A stretch of 64,000 nt of DNA from the human T2T-CHM13v2.0 reference genome, Homo sapiens, in assembly GCF_009914755.1 (NCBI RefSeq), contig NC_060933.1. One strand, written 5' to 3'. Under the pieces are notes generated by a model, which was not told the origin of the DNA, did no database searches, and was given only the letters and a program-made list of their open reading frames with translations. Shown one piece after another: positions 1 through 13,980 of this stretch (positions are counted from its first letter, which is position 1; the number at the start of each line of letters is the position of its first letter). The translations under genes were made by a program, and so were the position numbers.

Positions 1-2640
1 ACTTGTTTTGTGGCCTAACATATATGTTATCTATCTTGGAGAATGTTTTGTGTGCACTTGAAAACAATATGTATGCTGTTGCTGTTGGATGGAATGTTCT
101 GTATATGTCTGTTAGATACATTTAGTCTATAGCACTGTTTGAGTCCACTGTTTTCTTATTGGTTTTCTTTCAGAATGATCTACCCATTGTTGAAAGTCGT
201 AAATTTTCATCCCTAACTATTATTGTATTGCTGTCTATTTCTCCCTTTAGTTGTGTTACTATTTGCTTAATAAATGTAGGTGTTTCAGTGTTGGTTACAT
301 ATATATTTTCCATTGTTATAGTCTTTTGATGAATTAACCATTTGTCATTACATTATGATTGGCTTTGTCTCTTGTGACAATGTTTGACTTAAATTTATTG
401 TGTCTGATGTAAGAATAGCTACCCCTACTCTCTTTTAATTACCATTTATGTGGAATATCTTCTTCCATCTCTTCACTTTCAGCTTATGTGTGTCCTTAAA
501 GCTAAAATGAATCTCTTGTAGGCAGCATATAGTTGAATCTTTTTTAAAAAAATGCATTTATCCACTCTATGTTTTTTGATTGGAGAATTTAATTCATTTT
601 TATGTAAGGTAATTATTATAGGTAATAACTTACTATTGACAATTTTCCATTGTTTTTAAACTTTTTTTTCTTTTTATCTTGCTGTCTTCTTTTGTAATTT
701 GATGTTTTTTTTTTTTTTGTAGTGTTATGCTTTGGTTATTTTCTCCTTATCTTTGTATATCTACCACAGGCTTCTTCTTTGTGGTTACCATGAGGCTTAT
801 GTAAAACATTGCATAGTTATAACACAATCTAGTCTAACCTAATAACAACTTAACTTTGATTGAATACAAAAAGTCTGCACTTTAACTTTTCCTTCCTCAA
901 CTTTTATGTTATTGGTGTCAAAATTTATATTTTTAAAATGTGTATTCATTAACAAATTATTGTAGCTATAGATAATTTCTAATACTTGTGTCTTTTAACT
1001 TTTATACTACAGTTAAAAGTGATATACAACCATCACAGTATTAGGGTATTCTGAATTTGAGTATATTCTTAACTTTACAGTGAGTTTTATACTTTCATAT
1101 GTTTTTATGTTGTTAATTAGTGTTCTTTTCTTTCTACTTGAATTCCCTTTAGCATTTCAAGGAAGGTGTAATGGTGATGAACTTCTTCAGCTTTTGTTTT
1201 TCTGGGAAGCCTTTATCTCTCTTTCACTTTTGAAGGACAGCTTGACTAGGTATAATATTCTTGGTTGGTAGTTTCTTTTTTTTTCTTTCTTTAAGCACTT
1301 TGAAACATACCATTCTTCTTGGCCTACAAGCTTTCTGCTAAGAAATCCACTAATGGTTTTATGAGGGTTTCTTTAGATGTGATGAGTTACTTTTCTCATT
1401 CTGCCTTTAATATTCTCTTTTTCTTTAACTTAAAAAATTAATTATAATGTGTTTTTGTGACGATCTCTTTATGTTTAATATATTTGTGGTTCTTTGTACG
1501 TCATGGATGTGGATATTTATTTCTCTCTCCAATTCAGAAGGTTTTCTGTCAAAATTTCTTTCAATGAGCTGTCTGCCCCTTTCCCTTTCTATGCTTCTTC
1601 TAAGATGTTCATAATGCATAGATTTGTCTTCTATATGCTGTTCCAGAAGTCCTACAGTCTTTCTTCTCTCTTTTATGTCATCTTTTTGTTTTTGTATTTG
1701 TTTGTTCTTCTGACTGGGTAATTTGAAATGGACTGTCTTCAGGCTTGCTGATTTCTTTCTTCTTGATGTGAGTCTGTTGTTGAAGATCTCTATAAATGTT
1801 TTTAGTTAGGCTACTGTGTTCTCACACTCCAGAGGTTCTGTTTGGTTATATTTTATTGCTTGTATTTCTTTGTAAACTGCTCGTTTTGTTCATGTACTGT
1901 TTCCCTGATATTATTTAGATGTCTAAGTGTTTTCTCTTGTATCTCACTAAGCTTCCTTAAGATGATTATTTTTAATTTGTCAGGCATTTTGTAGATCTTC
2001 ATTTCTTAGTTTGTTCCTTTGGTGGTGTCATGTTATCTTGATTTGTGTGTGTGTGACTCTTGTGGCCTTCTGTTTGTGTCTGTGCCATTAAAGAAGGAGA
2101 TACCTCTTTCCATCTTTATAGACTGGCTTTGGCAGGGAAAGCCCTTCAAAAGTCAGTCTGTGCACAGACTCTGTGAGGGATGACAAGTAGTCCATGGACA
2201 AGCTTGCTGCTAGGTAGGTTAGTCTCGTGCCTGGGTAAATAGGTGGGTAAGGCTGGCACCTGAATCCACAGAGGTGTGCCTGGAGTTTGGGTCCAGACAT
2301 GATGGTCTGGCTTTGGGGCTGGTCTTGGTCTTGAGTCCACTGGAGGAAGTCTGGAGCTTGGGTCCACGGGGGCTGCCCTGGCACTGGGATTCACTGGAAT
2401 GGGCTTTGTATTGGCATCTGCAGAGAATTCACGGACTCACTTCAGTCTCTTTCCTTCATGTGGAGGGTATATTTCTCTGTGTCATGCTGTGTGAGCTTGG
2501 CGGGAGTGGGGCGGCTAATGTTGGTATTGTGGAACTATCCTTCCTACCCTTTATTGTGTCTTTTCTTATTTCTCTGCTCCACTTAAGTGCTAAAATTTCT
2601 CACCTGGATTTCTTAACTATTTTGAAGGTATTTTGTACAT
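1..2640 (-). mobile_element. Old L1 (L1M-type) 5' portion: start of ORF2, ORF1 remnant and 5' region
   Basis: T-rich antisense L1 sequence. ORF 1425..1619(-) 'EINIHIHDVQRTTNILNIKRSSQKHIII' resembles the L1 ORF1p motif 'IQIQEIQRTP..R.TPRHIIV'. Heavily degraded. Confidence 0.85.
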
Positions 2641-2644
2641 GTGT

Positions 2645-2897
2645 GGCTTCATTGTCCATATCACTATCAGCATTTTGGTCAAAGCCATTCAACAGGTCTC
2701 TAGGAAGTTCCAAACTTTCCCACATCTTCCTGTCTTCCTTAAAGTCTCTAGGAAGTTCCAAACTTTTCCACATTTTCATGTCTTCTTCTGAGCCCTCCAA
2801 ACTGTTCCAACCTATACCTTTTACCCAGATCCAAAGTTGCTTCCACATTTTGGGGTATCCTTGTAGCAGCACCCCACTCTCTATGGTACCAATGAAC
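2645..2897 (-). mobile_element. MaLR (THE1-type) internal sequence, 5' end only, truncated
   Basis: Matches the start of THE1/MST-int ('ggttggaacagtttggagggctcagaagaagac...cttcctagagac' on minus). Directly abuts the LTR. Confidence 0.85.
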
Positions 2898-3249
2898 TGT
2901 AATTAGCAGTCTCACACTGCTAATAAAGACATACCTGAGACTGGGTTATTTGTTAAGGAAAGAAGTTTAATGTACTCACAGTTCCACGTGGCTGGGGAGG
3001 CCTCACAATAGTGGCAGAAGGTGAAAGACATGTCTACATGGTGTCAGACAAGAGAGAAGTGAGAGCCAAGTGAAAGACTAAGCCCCTTATAAAACCATCA
3101 GATCTTGTTAGAACTTACTATCACAAGAAAAGCATGGGGAAAACCATCCCCTTGATTCAATTATCTCTACCCGGTCCTGCCCTTAACACATGGGGATATT
3201 TCCAATTCAAGATGAGATTTGGGTGGAAACACAGGGCCAAACCATATCA
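2898..3249 (-). mobile_element. THE1 LTR (MaLR), 5' LTR of a truncated element
   Basis: 'taataaagacatacctgagactggg...cacagttccacgtggctggggaggcctcacaat...aaaccatatca' is antisense THE1 LTR with TG..CA ends. Confidence 0.9.
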
Positions 3250-3456
3250 GTAAGAGACATGGTACCTGTACTTGGGTAGATGAGAATATTATTTTCAAAT
3301 AAGGATAACATGTATTTTTCCTTTTCAAGATACATTCTTATCAATATTTATTATCCTATTAATTGACTAAGGCCTCCAATCCAATATTGAAAAACCAGTA
3401 AGGAGAAGCCTCATCTTTGATGAAGAATTTTGTTGCTGTATTCTATTTATAAAAGG

Positions 3457-4080
3457 TTTGTGGGAGTGTAAATTAGTTCAACCACTGTGGAAGATAGTGT
3501 GGCAATTCCTTAAAGACCTAGAGGCAAAAATACCATTTGACCCAGCAATCCCATTACTGGGTATATACCCAAAGGAATATATACCATTCTGTTATAAAGA
3601 CATACACATATATGTTCACTGAAGCACTATTCACAGTAGCAAAAACATGGAATCAACCTAAATGCCCAGGGCAGATAAAGAAAATATGGTACACATACAC
3701 CATGGAATATTATGCAGCCATAAAGAGGAATGAGATCATGTCCTTTGCAGAGACATGGATGGAGCTGGAGGCCATTATCCTTAGCAAACTAACACAGGAA
3801 CAGAAAAGCAAATACCACATGTTCTCACTTATAAGTGGGAGCTGAATGATGAGAATACATGGACAGATGGGTGGGGAACAATACACACTGGGGCCTGTCA
3901 GAGGGCAGAGGGTAGAAGTAGAGAGGGGATCAGAAAGAATAGCTAATAGATGCTGGGCTTAATACTGGGTGATGGGATGAGCTATGCAGCAAACCACCAT
4001 GGCACACATAATACATGTGCAGGTAACAAACCTGCACATCCTGCACATGTATTATTAATTTAAAATTAAAGTTTAAAAAT
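3457..4080 (+). mobile_element. L1PA (about L1PA11-13 age) 3' end, 5'-truncated
   Basis: ORF2 C-terminus 'KTWNQPKCP...YTMEYYAAIK..EIMSFAETWMELEAIILSKLTQEQK' followed by L1PA 3'UTR. Confidence 0.92.
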
Positions 4081-4483
4081 TTTAAAACAGTAATTACAAA
4101 TACTGTTGAATTGTATCAAAATCAATTTGTTAGTGTAATTCACATGTTAAACCATCCTTGAATTCTTAGAATAAACTTCAGCAATAATAGAGGGTTTATT
4201 CTTATTCTGCCTGATAGAATTGAATAATGTTTTATTTAGGATTCTCATATTTATAGGAACAAAACATCAATATGTAGTTTTCATTTACTGTGATTTTTTT
4301 TGAGATTTTGTTATTAGAATTATGCTAACTTGGATATGACTGGGAAACTTTTTCATAACTCTATGTAAATACATATTTTTAAAAGCAGCGTAATTTTTCG
4401 CATCTTGAAAGTTTGAAAGATTTCACAGACAAAATTAGCCAGATTTATGCTTTAGTAATGTTCTTTTGGTACCTGTTCAATTA

Positions 4484-4932
4484 TTTTTTTTTAATTTTAT
4501 TATTATTATACTTTAAGTTTTAGGGTACATGTGCACAACGTGCAGGTTTTTTACATATGTATACATGTGCCATGTTGGTGTGCTGCACCCATTAACTCAT
4601 CATTTAGCATTAGGTATATCTCCTAATGCTATCCCTCTCCTCTCCCCCGACCCCACAACAGTCCCTGGTGTGTGATGTTCCCCTTCCTGTGTTCATGTGT
4701 TCTCATTGTTCAATTCCCACCTAAGAGTGAGAACATGCAGTGTTTGGTTTTTTGTCCTTGTGATAGTTTGCTGAGAATGATGGTATCCAGTTTCATCCAT
4801 GTCCCTACAAGGACTGAACTCATCATTTTTTATAGCTGCATAGTATTCCATGGTGTATATGTGCCACATTTTCTTAATCCAGTCTATCATTGTTGGACAT
4901 TTAGGTTGGTTCCAAGTCTTTGCTATTATTGT
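4484..4932 (-). mobile_element. L1PA (about L1PA4-6) 3' end with TSD
   Basis: 'ttatactttaagttttagggtacatgtgcacaacgtgcagg'. ORF 4693..4890(-) is the ORF2 C-terminus. TSD gg(t/c)acctgttcaatta at 4468-4483 and 4933-4948. Confidence 0.95.
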
Positions 4933-6364
4933 GGCACCTGTTCAATTATTTTTATGGTTATTTGTCTATTTATTTCTGTTTTTTTTAAGAACCAACTTTT
5001 TCCTTGAAAATCATCCATATATCTTATCAAATATAATGAAATAAAGTAGAATTCATTATCTATTTATGATTTTTAGTGTTTTCTTGATCTGTGGTTTTAT
5101 CATTCTTTTCACTCATTCCTCATTTATTCGTGTTTTCACTGCTTGGGACTTGGTTAAATTTCTTGGAGTGCTATTTATTGGGGTAATGATTTTCAGTGGT
5201 ATAAATATTCATTTTTAAATGTCTGTAATTTTTTGATCAGTAGCATTTTTAGCAGACAAGTGAGAGACACCTAGGCATAATTTTCTATTGTAAAAGAGGA
5301 AGCTAAGATGTAACTATGTGGAGAGGTAACTGAGAAAAGGAGAAATATGGAATGATCAAAGGGACTATCTGAAAGAGTTGATGAGTAACAATTCATTTTG
5401 GGGTCACATGTGGACTCTTTGTGTCTGTGCAGAGAGGGCAGAATTTGCCAGATCCCATGTCTGACTTTGTAGGTAGTTATTATAAAAGAATATAGACATC
5501 AATAGTACCCAGAAATTAGCTAAAACATTATGCCAAGTTACTCATTATATAGATGCAGAAACTAAGTGACAAAGAAATAAGGTAAATTATACAAGGTTAT
5601 ACAGCATGCTAAAATGGTTGAGGTCTACCTAATCCCAATGCAGTTCCTTGCACTATACAATATTGTTTCTTGTTTTAAAAGTACATATATACATGTAAGT
5701 TAATAGGAAGAAATGCAAGGATGCACCTCTGTAAATGCTTTATAAATTTTTTTGATATGACAGCAGACTCTGTCTTTATTTCATAGGTGAGAAACTTGAG
5801 ACACCAGGGATTAAAGGACAGCAAGTTATAATCAAAAACAATTCTGAAACCTCTTTCAACTGATTTCTTCACCTATCAGTAGCTTAATAAACAACACTAT
5901 CTTTTTCAGAAATCAATTAATAAAAATGCTATGTGGAAACAAATTGGAAGAAGCATTTATTCTTATAGGTATTCATAGAAAACATTGTTAAGTATTGCTA
6001 CTCTTTTACTTATTAAGGTAGGAAAACCTAAAAAGGAAAATACACCTCAATGCTTGCAAGGGTCCAGCAAAATTAAGAGCAGACATTATTGTAAAATAAC
6101 AATCTTTTGAAAGACAAATGAACAAACTAAGGAAAAATGCTATATGTATGAAGGTATTTATTATAATAGTATCTAATATACTTTATCTAATAATATATAA
6201 GACTTGATGTAACAAAATTAACTAGAGTGAAAGGTCTAAGTAAATTGTGGTATATATGAGACTATTGTGTAGCTAATGAAAATTTAGTTATCATTAGAAA
6301 AACAGGTGTAACTCGGTGCTCTTACCTCTCTATCTTCAAGTTTTTATATTTGGCTCAGTAGACT

Positions 6365-7430
6365 TCATACACACTGGCCCTGTTTCTCAAATATGCTTGG
6401 CATGAACCTGTGGCAAGGAGTTTTCATTTCTTTTCCCTTATATATTAGTTTTCTGTTGCAGCATGATAGCACAAACATAGCCACTTAAAACAGCACCCCT
6501 TTATTATCTCAGTTACAAATACCAGAAGTCTAGATGGGGCTGGATCGGGTTCTCTGCTTAGGATCCCTTAACACTGAAATCTAGGCGAAGGACATCCGGA
6601 CTTTTATCTGGAGACTCCGGGAATAATATACTTCCTGATATACTCAGGTTTTAAAATAATTAAGTTCTTTGCAATTGTAGACCTGAGGTTCCCATCTTCA
6701 TCCTGGCCTGGCTATAAGCTAGGATTCACTCTCAACTCCTGGAGGCCTCTTCCAGGTCTTTCCATGTGGCTCCTTCTGTCTTAACAATGAACCAAGGAAC
6801 AATGTCCCTCATGTTGCATTCCTCTCACACTTTAAATCTTTTTATTATTATTATTATTGGTACCAATTTGAGAAAATTCTGCTTTAATGGGGCTAATGTG
6901 ATTAGATTAGGTCCACATGCATAATCTCCCTCCACATGCATAATCTCCCTATCTTAAGGTCAACTGATTAGTTACCATAATTACATCTACAAAATCCCTT
7001 TTGCCATGTGACTTAACACAATCATGGGAATCAAACCAAGGGGTGAAGTTATGAGATCATCTCAGAATTCTCTCTATCACAACACAGATAGCCGTAAGGC
7101 TCACTCTCTCAATTCCTTCAGGTCTTTACTAAGTTACTGACTTTTCAACAGCGTTTCTTGGAAACTATCTAACATTTTAGTTGCATTCCTATCTCCCCTA
7201 AACTTCTCCCCTCTCTACCTGACTTTTTTCTCTTTAGCACTTATCATCTAACATACAGTATATTTTACTAATTGTATTGTTTATTGTCTGTTTCCTCCAT
7301 CATATGTGATTTCAACAAGATCAGGGACTTTGTTATTGTTTTCCGCTGTAGTTCCTGCTTCTAGAATGGTGCCTGACACATAGGAGACACTCAATAAATA
7401 TGCATTTAATGAACAAATAGATGAATGATA
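6365..7430 (+). mobile_element. L2 3' end, split by an MLT1 LTR
   Basis: Ends in 'tagaatggtgcctgacacataggagacactcaataaatat...aatgaacaaatagatgaatga', a canonical L2 3' terminus. Confidence 0.75.
6440..7082 (-). mobile_element. MLT1 (E/F-like) LTR nested in L2
   Basis: 'tattagttttctgttgc...cttaaaacagcac..ttattatctcagtt' and 'gattagattaggtccac..ataatctccc' are MLT1 motifs. Confidence 0.75.
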
Positions 7431-7693
7431 CAAAATTATATGTAGAATGGGAGCATAACTATTTATTCTCCCATAAACACAATCAAAATAGTACTAAGAT
7501 GGTAAGATTTTAATAGCTTAAAAACCTATTTCCTAAATTTTTACTGTTGCTATCTTGACTTAAAGAAAAGGCCCAACAGAAGAGACCATCCTCTGGAAAA
7601 TAGGCCTTAGCCAAGCATGACATATTTAGTGAGCAGATTATTTTGAGATAATGTGAAGGACCCTATGTCTCATCACAGAAAGAGCAATGTGCC

Positions 7694-7900
7694 AGAGGCA
7701 GTGTGGTGGAGGAGAAAGAACATTGGAAATGAAATCACAAGACTTGGATTTGAGTCTCGTTTGTAGCATTTACTAATTGTGTCACTTGGAAAGTCACTCA
7801 GGCTTTTTGAACCTATTTCCTCACTCAAGAAATGAAGATGGTAGATACTAAATACTTCCTTCATTAGGCTGTCACGAGAATCATGTGAGATATTTGGTCT
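7694..7900 (+). mobile_element. MIR
   Basis: 'atttactaattgtgtcacttggaaagtcact...tttcctcactcaagaaatgaagat' is the MIR core. Confidence 0.75.
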
Positions 7901-8009
7901 ATTCCTTATCAAATAGTACATGAAGATGGTAGATACTAATACTTCCTTCATTAGGCTATCATGAGGATCATGTGAGATACTTGGTCTATTCCTTATCAAA
8001 TAGTACATG
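7832..8009. repeat. 88-bp tandem duplication (2 copies)
   Basis: 7832-7919 versus 7920-8006: 4 substitutions and 1 indel. Confidence 0.95.
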
Positions 8010-8569
8010 CTCAGTCTTACCTGACTTCATCCAGCCCATTCATCCTTTGACTGCTGGGGAAAAGCTGCTTCTGCCATACTGACTTATCTTCTTCGTCTAA
8101 CTTTCATTCAGTTATAGAAGATCTTTGTTGACAGGGTAGGACAATTTTGTGATGAAAAGAATATGATCAAATTTTTAAAAGAATGTTGATTTGCAATAAT
8201 ATTAACTAGCCTAATACAACAGAAACACAGAAATTCCGATGTGGATATGAAGAAATTTTCCTTTGAGCTTCAAAATATCTTCCCACACTGTCAAGTTATT
8301 GTATCTTAAAACTATTTAAATAATTACATTCTATATGACTGGAGTTTGGAATATCAAACATTGTTCACTTCTGGATAGAATATAAATTTTAAAATCAGAA
8401 ATAAGGAAAGATGGGTGTAAGTGCTGATCCTGTTAATGACTCATTATTTGAACTTGAATCAATTGACTTACGTCTCTTGGGCTTCTGGTACATTCTGAGA
8501 ATCCTTGCATGCATGAACAAATGATCCTTTGTAGAAAAATAATTCCTATATTAATGAAAGCCACTATCT

Positions 8570-8720
8570 TTTAAGCATCTGGCATATTTCAGGCACTGTG
8601 CTATGTTCTTTACATGCATTATCTTTAAAGCTCAAAACAAGCCAATCAGCAGATGTTATTACCTCCATTTTATACACAAAGAAACTGAAGCTCAAAGATA
8701 TTACATAAGTTCTCAAGAGG
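8570..8720 (-). mobile_element. MIR
   Basis: 'caggcactgtgcta...ccattttatacacaaagaaactgaagctcaaaga'. Confidence 0.7.
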
Positions 8721-9036
8721 AGCACAGTGAAATAGAGTTTATCTACTGCTACAATCTGTTGACATCATTTTAAATCTGAGTCATTCCTTTCAATGCATTT
8801 ACTCCCTGGCCCAATTTTGTGTCAAAGAGGATGTGGCTCCAACATTCATTCTATGCCTTTAAGCTAAGTTCTCAGTTTTAAAAAAATTAACATTTTTTTT
8901 CTTTTTGCTCCTTGCTATACGCGAGTTCCTAGTACAACACCTGGCACATAGTTGGTGTTCAATAAAGGACTTGTAAATTAATGAATGAAAGAGCAATTTA
9001 GGGCCAAGACAGAGCCTTGTGTCATGCCTTCATTAA

Positions 9037-9436
<400 letters not shown>

Positions 9437-10699
9437 TAAAGGGAGCCATTATAAAATGTTTTGATGTGGACTGATACACTGTATCTGTAGTTTTTCCAAA
9501 ATATACCATTCTGATAATCTTATTTTATATAAAAAGCTTAACAAGGTGTATATTATATTTTATTAACATATCATTTTTCTCAAATCTTTCCTTCCTTCTC
9601 TTAGAGAAGGAATCACAATTTTCAATTTTATCATTTGTTCCAGAAATCTACTTGGGATAGACAAAGCACATTGCATATATTTGTAGCATATTTTGAAGAT
9701 TTCTGGCAGAATTTTAATAATATATTTGGTAAGTTCTTAATAATAAGAATAAGTATTCATTAAAATTTTCAATGTGTAAACACTGACTAGTCACCTGATC
9801 TACATTATCTTATTCATTTCCTCCAAAATATATGAACTAGGCATTCATACCTGAAATACACAAATCAGGAAGCCAAGGCTAAGAGAGTTGTCTCTTTCCT
9901 CCTCAAATCCATATTTTGTCTTCCATTTTCAGAGTTGAAATATTCTGTCTCTTTAAGCAACACAGAAACACAATATGGATTGTAAGGTTCCGTTTTCTCT
10001 TTGATCTCTACTAAAAATTACAGCACTACTTCCAATACATCCTTCTTGCATCTTTCAAAATGAAGTAAGCCCTGTCACTTGTCCTTAACACTTACTGCAA
10101 GAATCATGTAAATCTAGTTATTTTCTTACCAGTTGGCCACATTCATTGTTTCACCTTTTTATACATGTCTTCTAAAACTCTGAACTCATTAGAGTTACAG
10201 CGTCTTCACTAAACCTCCTCTCGACTCTTCAGCATCATGAAAATTTATGCTTGTAATGTCACAATTTTATTCCTGTGTAAATTATGTCCTCTGAAATTTT
10301 TATTTTGGAGATTAAATAAGCTTTAAAAAGACCCAAAATGCTTATTTCTCTTCTAGTCTTTATTGGGAAGACATAGAGAGTAGCCAATTCAGGTTGAAGT
10401 AGGAAGGTGAAGGATAGAGAACTCTGGGGAAGAAGCTTTACTGGCAGTCTGATATCTGCTATGTTTGGGCATTTGAAAAGTGAACATATGACTGATCTGA
10501 TTTAAAAAAAAAAAGTTAAGCACAGGTACAGAGAAGGCTATTCATGGCAAAAAGAAACAAAAAGCAAGGTAATCCTTAGCCCTAGAAAAAATAAATTGTA
10601 GAAAATTAGAAGTATAACTGTTAAACTTAGCTGTGCCATGTGTAATATTTAAATAATAATTTAAGCACTGACATTGATGAAACACACTTAGATAGAGCC

Positions 10700-11199
10700 A
10701 TGATAAATTATTTATAAAGATGACTACAACTTCTCCCATTCTGCATGCCTTTTGCAATGAGCCTGTACTGCTTGCTGCCTTCATCGAGAGATAAACTTTC
10801 CTTGCTCTGGAGTCCAGGCTTACCCTGTCACCTGCTTTGACCAATATAATGTGGTAGAAGTGATGCTGGAACCCTTTGAAGCCTGACTTTAAGAGATCTT
10901 ACAGCTTCCATTTTTAAGTTTTTAGAATGTGTACTCTTGGAGTGCTGCCTCAAGACTGCCATGCCCTGAGGAAGCCCAAGGTAGAATTGTGAAAGAGAAC
11001 TAAGGACCTCTGAGCAAAACCCCAGCTGAGTCCAGTTCCCAGCTCGTCTACTATCTTAATGCAGTCACATAATTGAAGCTAGGTAAGACCAGCAGAAGAA
11101 CCCCCCAGCAAATCCAGAGAACCATGACAAACCACTATTTTATTTTGTGAGCCACTCCATCTGGGGTGATTTGTGACCCCAACATAGGCAACTGAAACA
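10700..11199 (+). mobile_element. MLT1 (G/H-like) LTR
   Basis: 'ctgctttgaccaatataatgtggtagaagtgatgctg', ending 'gccactccatctggggtgatttgt...ataggcaactgaaaca'. Confidence 0.75.
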
Positions 11200-11876
11200 A
11201 TATCTATATTGGGCGGATGGAAGGAGAGGTGAAGTTATATAAGAGAATTAAACCATCCACTAAAATCTGAGGATATTTACAAATAATATATTTAAAAATG
11301 AAAACAAGAAAAAGAACACTGTGGGTATATTATTAGAGATAAGATACAAGAAGAAACTAGTGTTTAAAGTTGTTGCCTGGGGCCAGACTGTAGGGTGGGC
11401 CAGGGGAATGCAATGTTTTATTACGTACCTTTTAGTAGTATTTGATTTCTAAAATGTGAACATGAATTGCTTTGATAAAAATAAATTTTATATATTCTTA
11501 AATTGTCCCTGGGATATGCAATCATGTGAAGTTATGGTGTGAGGAGGCCTCAGGGCTTGGCAGTTGAATGGAGAGACAGCTCTAGTTTAGTCAGTGGTTT
11601 TCTGTTGTCCATCCTGCCCTTTAAGGCTTGTCCTCCTTCCTAGGTCTCCCTTTTTGGTGTCCGTTCTTGGCAACCAGTTCAAATGAGAATGTGTTTTAAT
11701 TTGCAGGTGAAGACATTTAGAGAAATTTTAAAAAAACAAGAGTCAGCAATGAGCTGTCATTTTTGTCTTCAGCTAATTTCTGTCATGGCCCCATGTTTTT
11801 GGAAGAAAAGGTGGAGGGAAAAAAATGCCCAGAAGTCTGTCCGCTACTAAAATCCAAAATAAAAGAATAATATCTT

Positions 11877-12295
<419 letters not shown>

Positions 12296-12299
12296 TTAG

Positions 12300-12377
12300 G
12301 GTCCCTCTTTGGATGTGACTATGAATTTAATTTTACATAAATCTTAGAGAACGTGGGGTTCCTTCAGTAAAATATAG
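12300..12377 (+). other. Candidate non-coding exon (78 nt)
   Basis: Polypyrimidine acceptor 'ttcttttttgctttttag|G' and donor 'AG|gtaaga'. Stop codons in all three frames. Motif evidence only. Confidence 0.25.
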
Positions 12378-13710
12378 GTAAGAGTAGCTTCAGCAAATCT
12401 GCTTATTTTTATTTCTGCCATCTTTCCATTTAGAATTCTCAGTGCCGTTCTTTAGACTGTTAGACTTGCTTGCCTGAAGTGTTTGCTTGAAGCCATCCAT
12501 TATTTCTTAAAGCAACACGGTCTGTGGCTTCAGCTACACAATTCTGACAACCGTACAACTTGGTTGGTTCAGGCTTTTAAAAAATCAGTCAAAGCCGCTG
12601 TTTGGCAATGTGTATTGAGTGATTTTCTCATTTTTCAGCAAGCTGTTGTGGAATTATATTCACAACTCAACTCAAGTAGTCTCTCATTGCCCCAAATATC
12701 TCTAGTCTTTAACTAGCTTTCCTTTTTTTGTCCTTGTCCCAGCTCCCAGCTTAACCCACCTTCAAAAGAAGCACTACAGGTTATGCTTTCTAGTTGGGTG
12801 ATTCCAATAAATGAAGGTAGGGCTGTTCTTGGGAAATGGATCAAAGAATATTGATATAGTCAATTTGCATGCAAAAATGTTAAGATGGAGGGCTGAGCTA
12901 AAGCCTCTGCCTCTGCCTTCTCCATCCTTGCCAGCAGCAGTTCCTGAGTCCATCCCCAGCCAGTCCACCATCATCCCAGGTTGTGCCAAGCCCACCATCC
13001 CTAGGACTTGGAATTGAATCTTATGCTCACAGGCTACTTTCTAGGCTGCCAAGTATAATAACAGTAACATGAATAAATGTCAATTTTGAGTGTCTGCAAT
13101 GGGCCCAACATTTGAGTGGCTACTTATTATTACTCCTTCCAGCAATCCTGAATGTTTGGTATGATTATTAGCATTTACAAATAAGTTTAAATAACTAGCC
13201 TAATACCGTATAACTTGCCACATGTACAGACAGGATTTTCTTTCATATCTTTCTAACCATAAAACTCAGTCTACTTAGTACATTGCTTTGAGTATCATTG
13301 GCTCCACGGTCCCTGCAAATCATTCTCATACTATTATGTTGACCTTAAACAAATGCGTTCAAAATAATGTACTCCTATCTTACATTGAGTCTCTTTCTAC
13401 AGGGGCTTATCACTGCCACTTTCTTTCTAATGGATTAAGCTCCCATAATGATGATATTTTTCTGAATTTGGCCAATCCATTTGACTCCATTCTTGATACA
13501 TTTGTGTGCTTTGGCAGAAGCCAGCCTAGAGAATGGTCAGTCCTCTGAGGTCTCCGCTGACTGGTCTTGCCTGTCTTCCCTCTTTGCTGCCTGTTGCCCA
13601 AGACCTCCACCCTTAAATGCAAACATTTCAAAATAAATGAATGCTATATTCGTTATTTATTTTTGTCATTATGTCCTAAGAATTGTGCTGTACTTTCTGG
13701 AGACAAATCA

Positions 13711-13980
13711 GGCTGGGTGTATAATCCCAGTACTTTGGGAGACAGAGACAGGAAGATAGCTTGAGCCCAGGAGTTCAAGACCAGCCTGTGCAACACAGGG
13801 AGAACGCCATCTTTACAAAAAGTTAAAATATTAGCCTAGCCAGGTGTGGTGACGCGCATCTGTAGTCCTAGCTACTCGGATCTCTTGAGCCCAAGAGTTT
13901 GAGGCCATAGTGAGTTGTGATGGCGCCACTGCACTCCAGCTTGGGTAACAGAGCAAGACCCTGTTTCAAAAAAGAAAAAA
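13711..13980 (+). mobile_element. AluJ with internal deletions
   Basis: 'gcttgagcccaggagttcaagaccagcct' is J-diagnostic. TSD agac(a/t)aatca at 13701-13710 and 14291-14300 brackets both this and the next Alu. Confidence 0.92.

Noticed and set aside
2274-2906. Longest ORF (210 aa) and overlapping 90-aa ORF
   Set aside because: They span an L1 5' region and THE1-int. The repeated peptide simply reflects the 48-bp duplication. No gene context.
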